NCBI RefSeq assembly: GCF_044704955.1
Contig: NC_091995.1
Coordinates: 434,001-498,000, forward strand
Direction of reading: 5' to 3'
Source: Pristiophorus japonicus
Lineage: Eukaryota
Length of the DNA stretch: 64,000 nucleotides
A program made the translations under genes and the position numbers. Shown here in pieces: positions 35,915 through 48,559 of this stretch (position 1 is its first letter; every line of letters begins with the position of its first letter). A model generated the notes under the pieces. That model did no database searches. It was given only the letters and a program-made list of their open reading frames with translations, and was not told the DNA's origin.

Positions 35915-37245
35915 GAACTAATCCCACGGCCCCGCGCTCTCCCCATGGCCCTGTATCAACCCCCAAACTAATCCCACTGCCCCGCTCTCTCCCCATAGTC
36001 CTGTATCAATCCCCAAACTAATCCCACTGCCCCGCTCTCTCCCCATAGTCCTGTATCAATCTCCAAACTAATCCCACTGCCCCGCTCTCTCCCCATGGTC
36101 CTGTATCAATCCCCAAACTAATCCCACTGCCCCGCTCTCTCCCCATAGTCCTGTATCAACCCCCAAACTAATCCCACTGCCCCGCTCTCTCCCCATAGTC
36201 CTGTATCAATCTCCAAACTAATCCCACTGCCCCGCTCTCTCCCCATAGTCCTGTATCAATCCACAAACTAATCCCACTGCCCCGCTCTCTCCCCATAACC
36301 CTGTATCAATCCACAAACTAATCCCACTGCCCCGCTCTCTCCCCATAGTCCTGTATCAATCCACAAACTAATCCCACTGCCCCGCTCTCTCCCCATAACC
36401 CTGTATCAATCCACAAACTAATCCCACTGCCCTGCTCTCTCCCCATAGTCCTGTATCAATCCCCAAACTAATCCCACTGCCCCACTCACCCCCCATGGTC
36501 CTGTATCAATCCCCAAACTAATCCCACTGCCCCGCTCTCTCCCCATAGTCCTGTATCAATCCCCAAACTAATCCCACTGCCCCGCTCTCTCCCCATAGCC
36601 CTGTATCAATCCCCAAACTAATCCCACTGCCCCGCTCTCTCCCCATAGTCCTGTATCAATCCCCAAACTAATCCCACTGCCCCACTCACCCCCCATGGTC
36701 CTGTATCAATCCCCAAACTAATCCCACTGCTCCGCTCTCTCCCCATAGTCCTGTATCAATCCCCAAACTAATCGAACTGCCCCGCTCTCTCCCCATAGTC
36801 CTGTATCAATCCCCAAACTAATCCCACTGCCCCGCTCTCTCCCCATAGTCCTGTATCAATCCCCAAACTAATCGAACTGCCCCGCTCTCTCCTCATAGTC
36901 CTGTATCAATCCCCAAACTATTCGAACTGCCCCGCTCTCTGCCCATAGCCCTGTATCAATCCCCAAACTAATCACACTGCCCCGCTCTCTCCCCATAGCC
37001 CTGTATCAATCCCCAAACTAATCGAACTGCCCCGCTCTCTCCCCATAGTCCTGTATCAATCCCCAAACTAATCCCACTGCCCCGCTCTCTCCCCATAGTC
37101 CTGTATCAATCCCCAAACTAATCGAACTGCCCCGCTCTCTCCTCATAGTCCTGTATCAATCCCCAAACTATTCGAACTGCCCCGCTCTCTCCCCATAGCC
37201 CTGTATCAATCCCCAAACTGATCCCACTGCCCCGCTCTCTCCCCC
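35915..37245. repeat. 50-bp minisatellite (~26 copies) derived from a CR1 ORF2 stop region
   Basis: CCCCAAACTAATCCCACTGCCCCGCTCTCTCCCCATAGTCCTGTATCAAT; reverse complement encodes QGYGERAGQWD*. Confidence 0.9.
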
Positions 37246-37646
37246 TGACCCATTATTTTGAAGTATAACAGTAATCATGCTCCCCCTAAGTAAAAGGGGG
37301 TCAATAAAACTGAGAAACTTAAAGAAATTAAACTTTCGAAAGTAAGTTTGAATCCAATGAAAGTTTGGTTGCTGGGGGCGATGGTGTCCCCATGTCCCAG
37401 GTGTGTTCATCACCTGTGCTGCTCCAAGGCCCCACCCTCCTGTTGCCTGGAAACCAGTTCTGGCCCCACCCATCCCTGACATCACTATGGGGCGGGGCTT
37501 TCCCTTTGAGTGACAACAGGTGTTCCTCCTCCTCCCCCCTCTCCTTGGAGGCGGCTGGCCGAGCGAAACCCTTTTCCGGAGTTTCACCTTCAAATTGTAG
37601 AATTTGGTCATTGAGAAGGAATAAACCGGGCCGGGGGAGGGTATAA

Positions 37647-38622
37647 ATGTACATTAATGATTTAGATGAAGGAATTGAGTGTAATATCTCCAAGTTTGCA
37701 GATGACACTAAGCTGGGTGGCGGTGTGAGCTGTGAGGAGGACGCTAAGAGGCTGCAGGGTGACCTGGACAGGTTAGGTGAGTGGGCAAATACATGGCAGA
37801 TGCAGTATAATGTGGATAAATGTGAGGTTATCCACTTTGGGGGCAAAAACAGGAAGGCTGATTATTATCTGAATGGCGGCAGATTAGGAAAAGGGGAGGT
37901 GCAACGAGACCTGGGTGTCATGGTACATCAGTCATTGAAAGTGGGCATGCAGGTACAGCAGGTGGTGAAGAAGGCAAATGGCATGTTGGCCTTCCTAGCG
38001 AGGGGATTTGAGTATAGGAGCAGGGAGGTCTTACTGCAGTTGTACAGGGCCTTAGTGAGGCCTCACCTGGAATATTGTGTTCAATTTTTTTTGGTCTCCT
38101 AATCTGAGGAAGGATGTTCTTGCTATTGAGGGAGTGCAGCGAAGGTTCACCAGACTGATTCCCGGATGGCTGGACTGACATATGAGGAGAGACTGGATCG
38201 ACTGGGCCTTTATACATTGGGAGTTTAGAAGGATGAGAGGGGATCTCATAGAAACATATAAAATTCTGACGGGACGGGACAGGTTAGATGCAGGAAGAAT
38301 GTTCCCGATGTTGGGGAAGTCCAGAACCAGGCGTCACAGTCTAAGGATAAGGGGGAAGCCATTTAGGACTGAGATGAGAAACTTCTTCACCCAGAGAATT
38401 GTGAACCTGTGGAATTCCCTGCCGCAGAAAGTTGTTGAGGCCAATTCATTGGATATATTTAAGAGGGAGTTAGATGTGACCCTTACGGCTAAAGGGATCA
38501 AGGGGTATGGAGAGAAAGCAGGAAAGGGGTACTGAGGTGAATGATCAGCCATGATCATATTGAATGGTGGTGCAGGCTCGAAGGGCCGAATGGCCGACTC
38601 CTGCACCTATTTTCTATGTTTT
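37647..38622 (+). mobile_element. CR1 LINE 3' ~1 kb
   Basis: YINDL..FADD..GYGEKAGKGY with frameshifts, plus tail. Confidence 0.92.
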
Positions 38623-38639
38623 GTGAAAGTTGCAACTCC

Positions 38640-38948
38640 GGGGAAAGCCTTCGGTCGGCCACCTCCCCCTCCCCCCGCCGCTTGCCTTCAGGGCGATGTG
38701 CGCATGCGGCGTCTTTGAAAAATCGGGCGCGAAGGGCAGTGGCAACGGTCGGCGGCGACCGTTGGAGGCCACGTGATGTGATGGGCGCGCGCATGCTCGA
38801 CGTCCGGCCGACCGCCTGCGCGCATGCTCGACGTCCGGCCGACCGCCTGCGCGCTTGCTCGACGTCCGGCCGACCGCCTGCGCGCATGCTCAAAGCTGCC
38901 CTCCGAGCGCCGGGCACGGCCGCGTGTGCGCATGCTCGCTGAGCGCGG
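38640..38948 (+). promoter_or_regulatory. ERCC6L CpG-island promoter with CHR and NRF1-like motifs
   Basis: TGCGCATGCGG at ~38699; GCGGCGTC-TTTGAA (CDE/CHR-like) at ~38706-38719; E-box CACGTG at 38770; about 3 copies of a 31-bp unit with GCGCATGCTC at 38787-38890. Confidence 0.65.
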
Positions 38949-39504
38949 ATGGCGGCCGGCGAGCAAGGGGAGAGCGGCCGGGGCCGGGGCCGGGGCCCGC
39001 CGCTGGGGCCCGAGGACGCGCGGCTGTACGGCGACTACGTGCGGCTCGGCAAGGAGCAGGCGGCGGCCGGCGAGCTGCGGCGGGCGGCCGAGCTGCTGAG
39101 GCGGGCGTGGGCGCTGCGGCCGAGCGACAAGCTGAGGCGGCGGCTGGAGCGGCTGCGGGCGGCGGAGGCCGAGCGGGAGGCCGAGGAGGAGCAGGCCCAG
39201 GAGGAGGATGAGTTTGTGGCGCTGCCCGGCTGCGGCCTGCGGCTGTACGCCGGCCTGTACCGCCGCCTGTACCCGCACCAGCGGGCCGGCGTGGCCTTCC
39301 TGCACCGCCTGCACACGGCGGGCCGCGCCGGCGGCATCCTGGCCGACGACATGGGGCTCGGCAAAACCGTGCAGCTCATCGCCTTCGTGTGCGGCATGGT
39401 GGACGCCGGCCTGCTCCGCCACTGCCTGCTGCTGCTGCCCGGCACCTTGCTCAGCACCTGGCGGGCAGAGTTCCAGCGCTGGGCGCCCGGCCTCCGCCTC
39501 AAAG
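38949..39504 (+). CDS. ERCC6L: ERCC6L/PICH exon 1 (N-terminal TPR, Walker A)
   Basis: LYPHQRAGVAFL...GGILADDMGLGKT; AAG|gtcagc donor, phase 1. Confidence 0.93.
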
Positions 39505-40395
39505 GTCAGCGCTAACCGGGGGGAGTAATGTGGGGCGGGACGTTAAACCCGGCGCTAACACCGCCCCCTCACCTCCCTCCGCCTCAACGGTCAGGCGCTA
39601 ACCGGGGGGGGGGGGGGGCAATGTGGGGCGTTAAACCCGGCGTTAACACCGCCCCCTCACCTCCCTCCGCCTCAACGGTCAGGCGCTAACCGGGGGGCAA
39701 TGTGGGGCGTTAAACCCGGCGCTAACACCGCCCCCTCACCTCCCTCCGCTTCAACGGTCAGGCGCTAACCGGGGGGGCAATGTGGGGCGGGGCGTTAAAC
39801 CCGGCGTTAACACCGCCCCCTCACCTCCCTCCGCCTCAACGGTCAGGCGCTAACCGGGGGGGGGCAATGTGGGGCGTTAAACCCGACGCTAACCGGGAGG
39901 CAATGTGGGGCGGGGGAGGGGCGCTAACCAGAGGGCAATGTGGGGTGGGGCGTTAAACCCGGCGCTAACACCGCCCCCTCACCTCCCTCCGCCTCAACGG
40001 TCAGGCGCTAACCGGGGGGGGGCAATGTGGGGCGTTAAACCCGACGCTAACCGGGAGGCAATGTGGGGCGGGGGAGGGGCGCTAACCAGAGGGCAATGTG
40101 GGGTGGGGCGTTAAACCCGGCGCTAACACCACCCCCTCACCTCCCTCCGCCTCAACGGTCAGGCGCTAACCGGGGGGGGGGGGGCAATGTGGGGCGTTAA
40201 ACTCGACGCTAACCGGGAGGCAATGTGGGGCGGGGGAGGGGCGCTAACCAGAGGGCAATGTGGGGTGGGGCGTTAAACCCGGCGCTAACACCGCCCCCTC
40301 ACCTCCCTCCGCCTCAACAGTCAGGCGCTAACCGGGGGGCAATGTGGGGCGGGGCGTTAAACCCGGCGCTAACACCGCCCCCTCACCTCCCTCAA
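39505..40395 (+). repeat. Compound tandem repeat containing copies of the ERCC6L exon1/intron1 junction
   Basis: CCTCCGCCTCAACGGTCAGGCGCTAACCGG repeated ~7 times, versus the true junction CCTCCGCCTCAAAG|GTCAGCGCTAACCGG. Confidence 0.85.
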
Positions 40396-40399
40396 TCTC

Positions 40400-41195
40400 C
40401 ATAAGAACATTCGGCCCCTCGAGCCTGCTCCGCCATTTAATACGATCATGGCTGATCTGATCATGGACTCAGCTCCACTTCCCTGCCCACTCCCTTACTC
40501 CCTTATCGGTTAAGAAACTGTCTATCTCCGCCTTAAATTTATTCAATGTCCCAGCTTCCACAGCTCTCTGAGGCAGCGAATTCCACAGATTTACAACCCT
40601 CTGAGAGAAGAAATTCCTCCTCATCTCAGTTTTAAATGGGCGGCCCCTTATTCTAAGACCATGCCCCCTAGTTCTAGTCTCCCCCATCAGTGGGAACATC
40701 CTCTCTGCATCCACCTTGTCAAGCCCCCTCATAATCTTACACGTTTCGATAAGATCGCCTCTCATTCTTCTGAATTCCAATGAGTAGAGGCCCAATCTCC
40801 TCAACCTTTCCTCATAAGTCAACCCCCTCATCTCCAGAATCAACCGAGTGAACCTTCTCTGAACTGCCTCCAAAGCAAGTATATCCTTTTGTAAATATGG
40901 AAACCAAAACTGCATGCAGTACTCCAGGTGTGGCCTCACCAATACCCTGTATAACTGTAGCAAGACTTCCCTGCTTTTATACTCCATCCCCTTTGCAATA
41001 AAGGCCAAGATTCCATTGGCCTTCCTGATCACTTGCTGTACCTGCATACTATCCTTTTGTGTTTCATGCACAAGTACCCCCAGGTCCCGCTGTACTGCAG
41101 CACTTTGTAATCTTTCTCCATTTAAATAATAACTTGCTCTTTGAATTTTTTCTGCCAAACTGCATGACCTCACACTTCCCAACATTATACTCCAT
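40400..41195 (-). mobile_element. CR1 LINE 3' fragment
   Basis: ORF 40469-41185. Confidence 0.92.
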
Positions 41196-41409
41196 CCTCC
41201 CTCAATCTCCCTCCACCTGCTGGGCGCCTGGGCTGTGCCTCGAAGGTCAGGCGCTAAAGGAGGATAAGGTGGGGCAGGAAAGGGGTCCCTAAACCTGGCA
41301 CTAGCAGCACCCCCTCACCTTCACTTTCATCCCTCCCTCGATCTCCCTGCGCCCTCAATCCTCTTTCCTCCCCCTCAATCTTGCCTCACCGCTTTTTTCC
41401 ACCTCTAAC

Positions 41410-42745
41410 ATCTCCCGTCTCCGCCCCCTGCCTCAGCTCATCCACTGCTGAAACCCTCATCCATGCCTTTATTACCTCCAGACTTGTCTATTCCAACACA
41501 CTCCTGGCCGGCTTCCCACATTCTACCCGACGTAAGCCAGAGGTGATCCAAAACTCAGCTGCCCCCGTGGCCTAACTCGCACCGAGTCCCACTCACCCAT
41601 CACCCCCTGTGCTCACTGCCCTGTGTCCTAACTCGCACCCAGTCCCACTCACCCATCACCCCCTGTGCTCACTGCCCCGTGTCCTAACTCACACCGAGTC
41701 CCACTCACCCATCACCCCCTGTGCTCACTGCCCCGTGTCCTAACTCACACCCAGTCCCACTCACCCATCACCCCCTGTGCTCACTGACCCCGTGTCCTAA
41801 CTCACACCCAGTCCCACTCACCCATCACCCCCTGTGCTCACTGACCCCGTGTCCTAACTCACACCCAGTCCCACTCACCCATCACCCCCTGTGCTCACTG
41901 CCACCGTGTCCTAACTCACACCCAGTCCCACTCACCCATCACCCCCTGTGCTCACTGACCCGTGTCCTAACTCGCACCCAGTCCCGCTCACCCATCACCC
42001 CCTGTGCTCACTGCCCCGTGTCCTAACTCACACCCAGTCCCACTCACCCATCACCCCCTGTGCTCACTGACCCCGTGTCCTAACTCACACCCAGTCCCAC
42101 TCACCCATCACCCCCTGTGCTCACTGCCCCGTGTCCTAACTCACACCCAGTCCTGCTCACCCATCACCCCCTGTGCTCACTGCCCCGTGTCCTAACTCAC
42201 ACCCAGTCCCACTCACCCATCACCCCCTGTGCTCACTGACCCGTGTCCTAACTCACACCCAGTCCCACTCACCCATCACCCCCTGTGCTCACTGCCCCGT
42301 GTCCTAACTCACACCCAGTCCCGCTCACCCATCACCCCCTGTGCTCACTGCCCCGTGTCCTAACTCACACCCAGTCCCACTCACCCATCACCCCCTGTGT
42401 CCCGTGTCCTAACTCACACCCAGTCCCACTCACCCATCACCCCCTGTGCTCACTGCCCCGTGTCCTAACTCACACCCAGTCCCGCTCACCCATCACCCCC
42501 TGTGCTCACTGACCCCGTGTCCTAACTCACACCCAGTCCCACTCACCCATCACCCCCTGTGCTCACTGCCCCGTGTCCTAACTCACACCCAGTCCCGCTC
42601 ACCCATCACCCCCTGTGCTCGCCGACCTACATTGGGTCCCAGTTAATCAATACCTCAATTTCAAAATTCTCATCCTTGTTTACAAATCCCTCCATGGCCC
42701 ATGTTCCCTCCCTATCTCTCTAACCTCCTCCAGCCCCAACACCCC
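41410..42745 (+). mobile_element. L2-type LINE fragment with internal ~56-57-bp array (~18 copies, 41570-42620)
   Basis: AETLIHAFITSRLVYSN..IQNSAA, then the array, then LADLHWVPV..FKILILVYKSLHG. Confidence 0.8.
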
Positions 42746-42858
42746 TCCCTACCTCGGCGGCCACCCCTCCCCAGAGTCTCCCCCCCCCCCCTGAGCTGCA
42801 GCTGACACTGTGTATTAATGTCCCACTGTCTCGTGTCCCCCCTGCTCTCTCTCTCCAG

Positions 42859-44097
42859 AGTTCCACGGCTCGAAGCGGGAGCGGACGCAGAACCTGGAGC
42901 GGGTGCAGCGGCGGGAGGGGGTGGTGCTGACCACGTACCCCATGGTGCTCCACAACTGGCAGCAGCTGTCCTGCCTGGACGGCCGGCCGTTCACCTGGGA
43001 CTACCTGGTGCTGGACGAGGCCCACAAGATCAAGAGCACGTCGGCCAAGACCACGCGGTGCGCCGCGGCCATCCCGGCCCACAACCGCGTCCTGCTGACC
43101 GGCACGCCCGTCCAGAACAACCTGCAGGAGATGTGGGCCCTCTTCGACTTCGCCTGCCAGGGCTCGCTGCTGGGCAGCGCCAAGACCTTCAAGAGCGAGT
43201 ACGAGAACCCCATCACCCGGGCCCGGGAGCGGGACGCTACACCCGGCGAGAAGGCCCTGGGCCTGCGCATCGCCGAGAACCTGATGCAGATCATCCAGCC
43301 CTACTTCCTGCGGCGGACCAAGGAGGACGTGCGGGGGGGCGACGCCCCCGGGGAGTCCCCCTCGGCCCGCATGCCCAGCCTGACCCGCAAGAACGATCTG
43401 ATCGTCTGGGTCCACCTCAGCCCGGTCCAGGAGGAGATCTACCAGCGCTTCGTGTCGTCCGACCAGATCCAGGAGCTGCTGCAGACCCAGCGCTCGCCCC
43501 TGGTGCAGCTCAACAACCTGAAGAAGCTGTGCGACCACCCCCGCCTGCTGCCCCGACGCATCTGGGAGGAGCTGGGCCTGGGCGGCGGAGGGACGGGGGG
43601 GGAGGAGGAGGGGGGCGAGCAGGCCGGCGACATCGGCCGAGTGCCCGACGCCGAGCTGATCCGGGAGTCGGGCAAGCTGGACTTTGTGCTGGGGCTGCTG
43701 GAGCAGCTGAGGGCGGAGGGCAACCGCACGCTGGTCTTCTCCCAGTCGCGCAAGATGCTGGACATCCTCCAGCGCATCCTGACCAACCGGGGCTTTCAGG
43801 TGGCCCGCCTGGACGGTACCACTGCCCTCGCCGACCGCCAGCGGAAGATCAACTGCTTCCAGCAGCAAGGGGGCGGCTTCTGCGTCTTCCTGCTCACCAC
43901 CCAGGTGGGCGGGGTGGGCCTCACCCTGACCGCCGCCAATCGCGTGGTGGTCTTCGACCCCAGCTGGAACCCGGCCACCGACGCCCAGGCCGTGGACCGT
44001 GCCTACAGGATCGGGCAGACCGACAACGTGGTCATCTACAGGCTGGTCACCTGCGGCAGTGTGGAGGAGAAGATCTACAGGCGGCAGATCTTCAAAG
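42859..44097 (+). CDS. ERCC6L: ERCC6L/PICH exon 2 (SNF2 ATPase lobes)
   Basis: ctctccag| acceptor; LDEAH, LLTGTPVQN, LKKLCDHPRLL, LLTTQVGGVGLTLTAA, DPSWNPATDAQAVDRAYRIGQ; AAG|gtaact donor. Confidence 0.97.
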
Positions 44098-44104
44098 GTA
44101 ACTC

Positions 44105-45450
44105 TTCCGACCGGGACTGGACAGGTTAGATGCAGGAAGAATGTTCCCAATGTTGGGGAAGTCCAGAACCAGGGGTCACAGTCTAAGGATAAGGGGTAAG
44201 CCATTTAGGGCCAAGATGAGGAGAAACTTCTTCACTCAGAGAATTGTGAACCTGTGGAATTCTCTACCACAGAAAGTTGTTGAGGCCAGTTCGATGGATA
44301 TATTCAAGAGGGAGTTAGATGTGGTCCTTACGGCTAAAGGGAACAAGGGGTATGGAAAGAAAGCAGGAAAGGGGTACTGAGGGAATGATCAGCCATGATC
44401 ATATTGAATGGTGGTGCAGGCTCGAAGGGCCGAATGACCTACTCCTGCACTTATTTTCTGTATTTCTATGTTTTCCTGTTTTTTTTTTAAACAATCATTC
44501 CTTCATTATTCTTTCTATCGAGAGAGGAAATTACAAAGTGCTGCAGTACAGCGGGACCTGGGGGTACTTGTGCATGAAACACAAAAGGTTAGTGTGCAGG
44601 TACAGCAAGTGATCAGGAAGGCCAATGGTATCTTGGCCTTTATTGCAAAGGGGATGGAGTATAAAAGCAGGGAAGTCTTGCTACAGTTATACAGAGTATT
44701 GGTGAGGCCACACCTGGAGTACTGCGTGCAGTTTTGGTTTCCATATTTACGAAAGGATATACTTGCTTTGGAGGCAGTTCAGAGAAGGTTCACTCGGTTG
44801 ATTCCGGAGATGAGGGGGTTGACTTATGAGGAAAGGTTGGGCCTCTACTCATTGGAATTTAGAAGAATGAGAGGGGATATTGAAACATAAGATACTGAGG
44901 GGGCTTGACGGGTAGATGCAGAGAGGATGTTTCCCCTCGTGGGGGAATCTAGAACTAGGGGGCATAGATTCCGAGTAAGGGGTCGCCCATTTAAAACTGA
45001 GATGAGGAGGAATTTCTTCTCTGAGGGTCATGAATCTGGAATTCTCCCAGAGACTGGGTCTTTGAATATATTTAAGGTGGAGATAGACAGATTTTTGAAT
45101 GATAAGGGAGTCGAGGGTTATGGGGAGTGGGCAGGGAAGTGGAGCTGAGTCCATGATCAGATCAGCAATGATTGTATTAAATGGCGGAGCAGGCTCGAGG
45201 GGCCGTATGGCCGACTCCTACTATTTCTTTTGTTCATGGGATGTAGGCGTCACTGGCAAGGCCAACATTTATTGTCCAAAACTCGTTGTCCTCTTGAGAA
45301 GGTGGTGGTGAGCTGCCTTCTTGAACCGCTGCAGTCCGTGTGGTGAAGGTGCTCCCACAGTGCTGTTAGGGAGGGAGTTCCAGGATTGTGACCCAGCGAC
45401 GATGAAGGAACGGCCGATATATTTCCAAGTCAGGATGGTGTGTGTGACTT
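44105..45450 (+). mobile_element. CR1 fragments (44105-44470, 44520-45230) and a HER1-like 3' end on the minus strand (45230-45450)
   Basis: CR1 ORF2 C-terminal translations and tails. Confidence 0.85.
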
Positions 45451-45484
45451 GCCGTTCTTTGTTTAGCGGTAAACTCCCTGCAGG

Positions 45485-46155
45485 TCTCAGGATAAGGGGT
45501 CAGCCATTTAGGACTGAGATGAGGAGAAACTTCTTCACTCAGAGGGTGGTGAATCTCTGGAATTCTCTGCCCCAGAGGGCTGTGGAGGCTCAGTCGTTGA
45601 GTATATTCAAGGCTCAGATCGATAGATTTTTGGGCACTAAGAGAATATGGGGATTGGCAGTAAAATAAGAAACATAACCAGAATTAGGAGCAGGAGCAGG
45701 CCATTCGGCCCCTCGAGCCTGCTCCACCATTCAGTGAGATCATGGCTGATCTTCGACCTCAACTCCACTTTCCTGCACTGTCCCCATATCCCTTGAATTC
45801 CTTAATATCCAAAAATCTTCGTCTTGAATATACTCAGTGACTGAGCCTCCACAGCCCTCTGGGGCAGAGAATTCCAAAGATTCACCAGCCTCTGAGTGAA
45901 GAAATTCCTCCTCACCTCAGTCCTAAATGTCCGACCCCTTATCCTGAGACTGTGATCCCTTATTCCAGACTCCCCAGCCCGGGGGAAACATCCTCCCTGC
46001 ATCTACCCCGTCAAGTCCTATAAGAATTTTGTATGTTTCAATGTGATCTCCTCTCTTTCTTAAACGCCAGAGAATATCGGCCTAGCCTACTCAATCTCTC
46101 CTCCATAGGACAATTTCCCCATCCCAGGAATCAGTCTGGTGAACCTTCGTTGCAG
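45485..46155. mobile_element. Tail-to-tail CR1 foldback composite, copy 2
   Basis: Same junction and arms as 21085-21750. Confidence 0.8.
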
Positions 46156-46749
46156 TAACTGTACACATACTCCAGAGGTGCGGGGTCTCAAACCTGAAAA
46201 CGACCTGTTTATTCCTACTCTGGTTTCTGTCCGTTTACTAATCCTCAATCCATGCGAGTATATTACCCCCAATTCCATTTTGTTCAATAACCTCTTGTGT
46301 GGCTCCTTATCGAATGCCTTCTGAAAATCCAAATACACCACATCCACTGGTTACCCCTTTATCTATTCTGCTCGTTATAAGCTCAAAAACCTCTAACAGA
46401 TTTGTCAAACATGATTTCTCTTTCATAAATCCGTGTTTACTCTGCCCAATCTTATTATTTTCTAAGTGTCCTGTTACCAGGTCCTTGATACATTTGAGCT
46501 TTTTCCCGATTATCAGACTAACTGGTTTTTAATTCCCCCTTTTCTCTCTCCCTCCTTTCTTAAATAGCGGGGTTACTTTAGCTACCTTCCAATCCACGGG
46601 AACCGTTCTAGAATCTGGAATTTTGAAAGATGACAACCACTGCATCCACTATCTCTGTAGGCCATTGGGTCCAGGGGATTTATCAGCTTTCAGTCTCATT
46701 AATTTCATCGTATTTTTTTTTAACTAATACTCATTTTCGCTGAACCCTT

Positions 46750-48500
46750 GGTCCCTTGCAGTCAGAATCAGGTGAATTTATAATGGGGAACAAAGAAATG
46801 GCAGACCAGTTGAACAAATACGGTCTTCACTAAGGAAGACACAAATAGCCTTCCGGACATACTAGGGGACCGAGGGTCTAGCGAGAAGGAGGAACTGAAG
46901 GAAATCCTTATTAGTCAGGAAATTGTGTTAGGGAAATTGATGTGATTGAAGGCCGATAAATCCCCAGGGCCTGATAGTCTGCATCCCAGAGTACTTAAGG
47001 AAGTGGCCCTAGAAATAGTGGATGCATTGGTGGTCATTTTCCAACATTCTATAGATTCTGGATCAGTTCCTCTGGTCTGGAGGGTAGCTAATGTAACACC
47101 ACTTTTTAAAAAAGGAGGGAGAGAGAAAACAGTGAATTATAGACTGACATCAGTAGTGGGGAAAATGTTGGCATCAATTATTAAAGATGAAATAACAGCG
47201 CATTTGGAAAGCAGCGACGGGATCGGTCCATGTATGGATTTATGAAAGGGAAATCATGCTTGACAAATCTTCTGGAATTTTTTGAGGATGTAACTAGTAG
47301 ATTGGACAAGGGAGAACCAGTGGATGTGGTGTATTTGGACTTTCAAAAGGCTTTTGACAAGGCCCCACACAAGAGATTGGTGTGCAAAATCAAAGCACAT
47401 GGTATTGGGGGTAGTGTATTGACGTGGATAGAGAACTGGTTGGCAGACAGGAAGCAGAGAGTTGGGATAAATGGGCCCTTTTCAGAATGGCAGGCAGTGA
47501 CTAGTGGGGTGCTGCAGGGCTCAGTGCTGGGACCCCAGCTATTTACAATATACATTAATGAGTTGGATGAAGGAATTGAATGTAATATCTCCAAGTTTGC
47601 AGATGACACTAATCTGGGTGGCGGTGTGAGCTGTGAGGAGGATGCTAAGAGGCTGCAGGATGACTTGGACAGGTTCGGTGAGTGGGCAAATACATGGCAG
47701 ATGCAGTATAATGTGGATAAATGTGAGCTTATCCACTTTGGTGGCAAAAACAGGAAGGCAGAATATTATCTGAATGGTGACAGATTAGGAAAAGGGGAGA
47801 CCTGGGTACATCAGATATTGAAGGTTGGCATGCAGGTACAGCAGGCGGTGAAGAAGGCAAATGGTATGTTGGCCTTCATAGCGAGAGGATTTGAGTATAG
47901 GAGCAGGGAGGTCTTACTGCAGTTGTACAGGGCCTTGGTGAGGCCTCACCTGGAATATTGTGCTCCGTTTTGGTCTTCTAATCTGAGGAAGGACATTCTT
48001 GCTATTGAGGGAGTGCAGCGAAGGTTCACCAGACTGATTCCTGGGATGGCAGGACTGACATATGAAGAAAGACTGGATCGACTGGGCTTATACTCACTGG
48101 AGTTTAGAAGGATGAGAGAGGATCTCATTGAAACATATAAAATTCTGACGGGACAGGACAGGTTAGATGCAGGAAGAATGTTCCCGATGTTGGGGAAGTC
48201 CAGAACCAGGGGACACAGTCTAAGGATAAGGGGTAGGCCATTTAGGATCGAAATGAGGAGAAACTTCTTCACTCAGAGAGTGGTGAACCTGTGGAATTCT
48301 CTACCTCAGAAAGTTGTTGAGGCCAGTTCGTTAGATATATTCAAAAGAAAGTTAGATGTGGCCCTTACGGCTAAAGGGATCAAGGGGTATGGAGAGAAAG
48401 CAGGAAAGGGGTACTGAGGGAATGCTCAGCCATGATCTGATTGAATGGCGGTGCAGGCTCGCAGGGCCGAATGGCCTACTCCTGCACCTATTTTCTATGT
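46750..48500 (+). mobile_element. CR1 LINE RT region, 5' truncated and frameshifted
   Basis: ORFs 46946-47245 and 47230-48417. Confidence 0.93.
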
Positions 48501-48559
48501 TACCCGCAAAAGCTATGTGAATGATGTAATCGCGCTCGCTCGCTCTCTCTCTCTGGCAG

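Noticed and set aside
37168-37611. Possible extra coding exon upstream of NME5
   Set aside because: No recognisable protein similarity, and NME5 has an in-frame stop upstream of its ATG within the 32945 exon; at most a UTR exon.
42720-44204. Antisense 494-aa ORF and alternate-frame 427-aa ORF (also 57397-58521 and 38688-39422)
   Set aside because: Shadow ORFs caused by the very high GC3 of ERCC6L exons.
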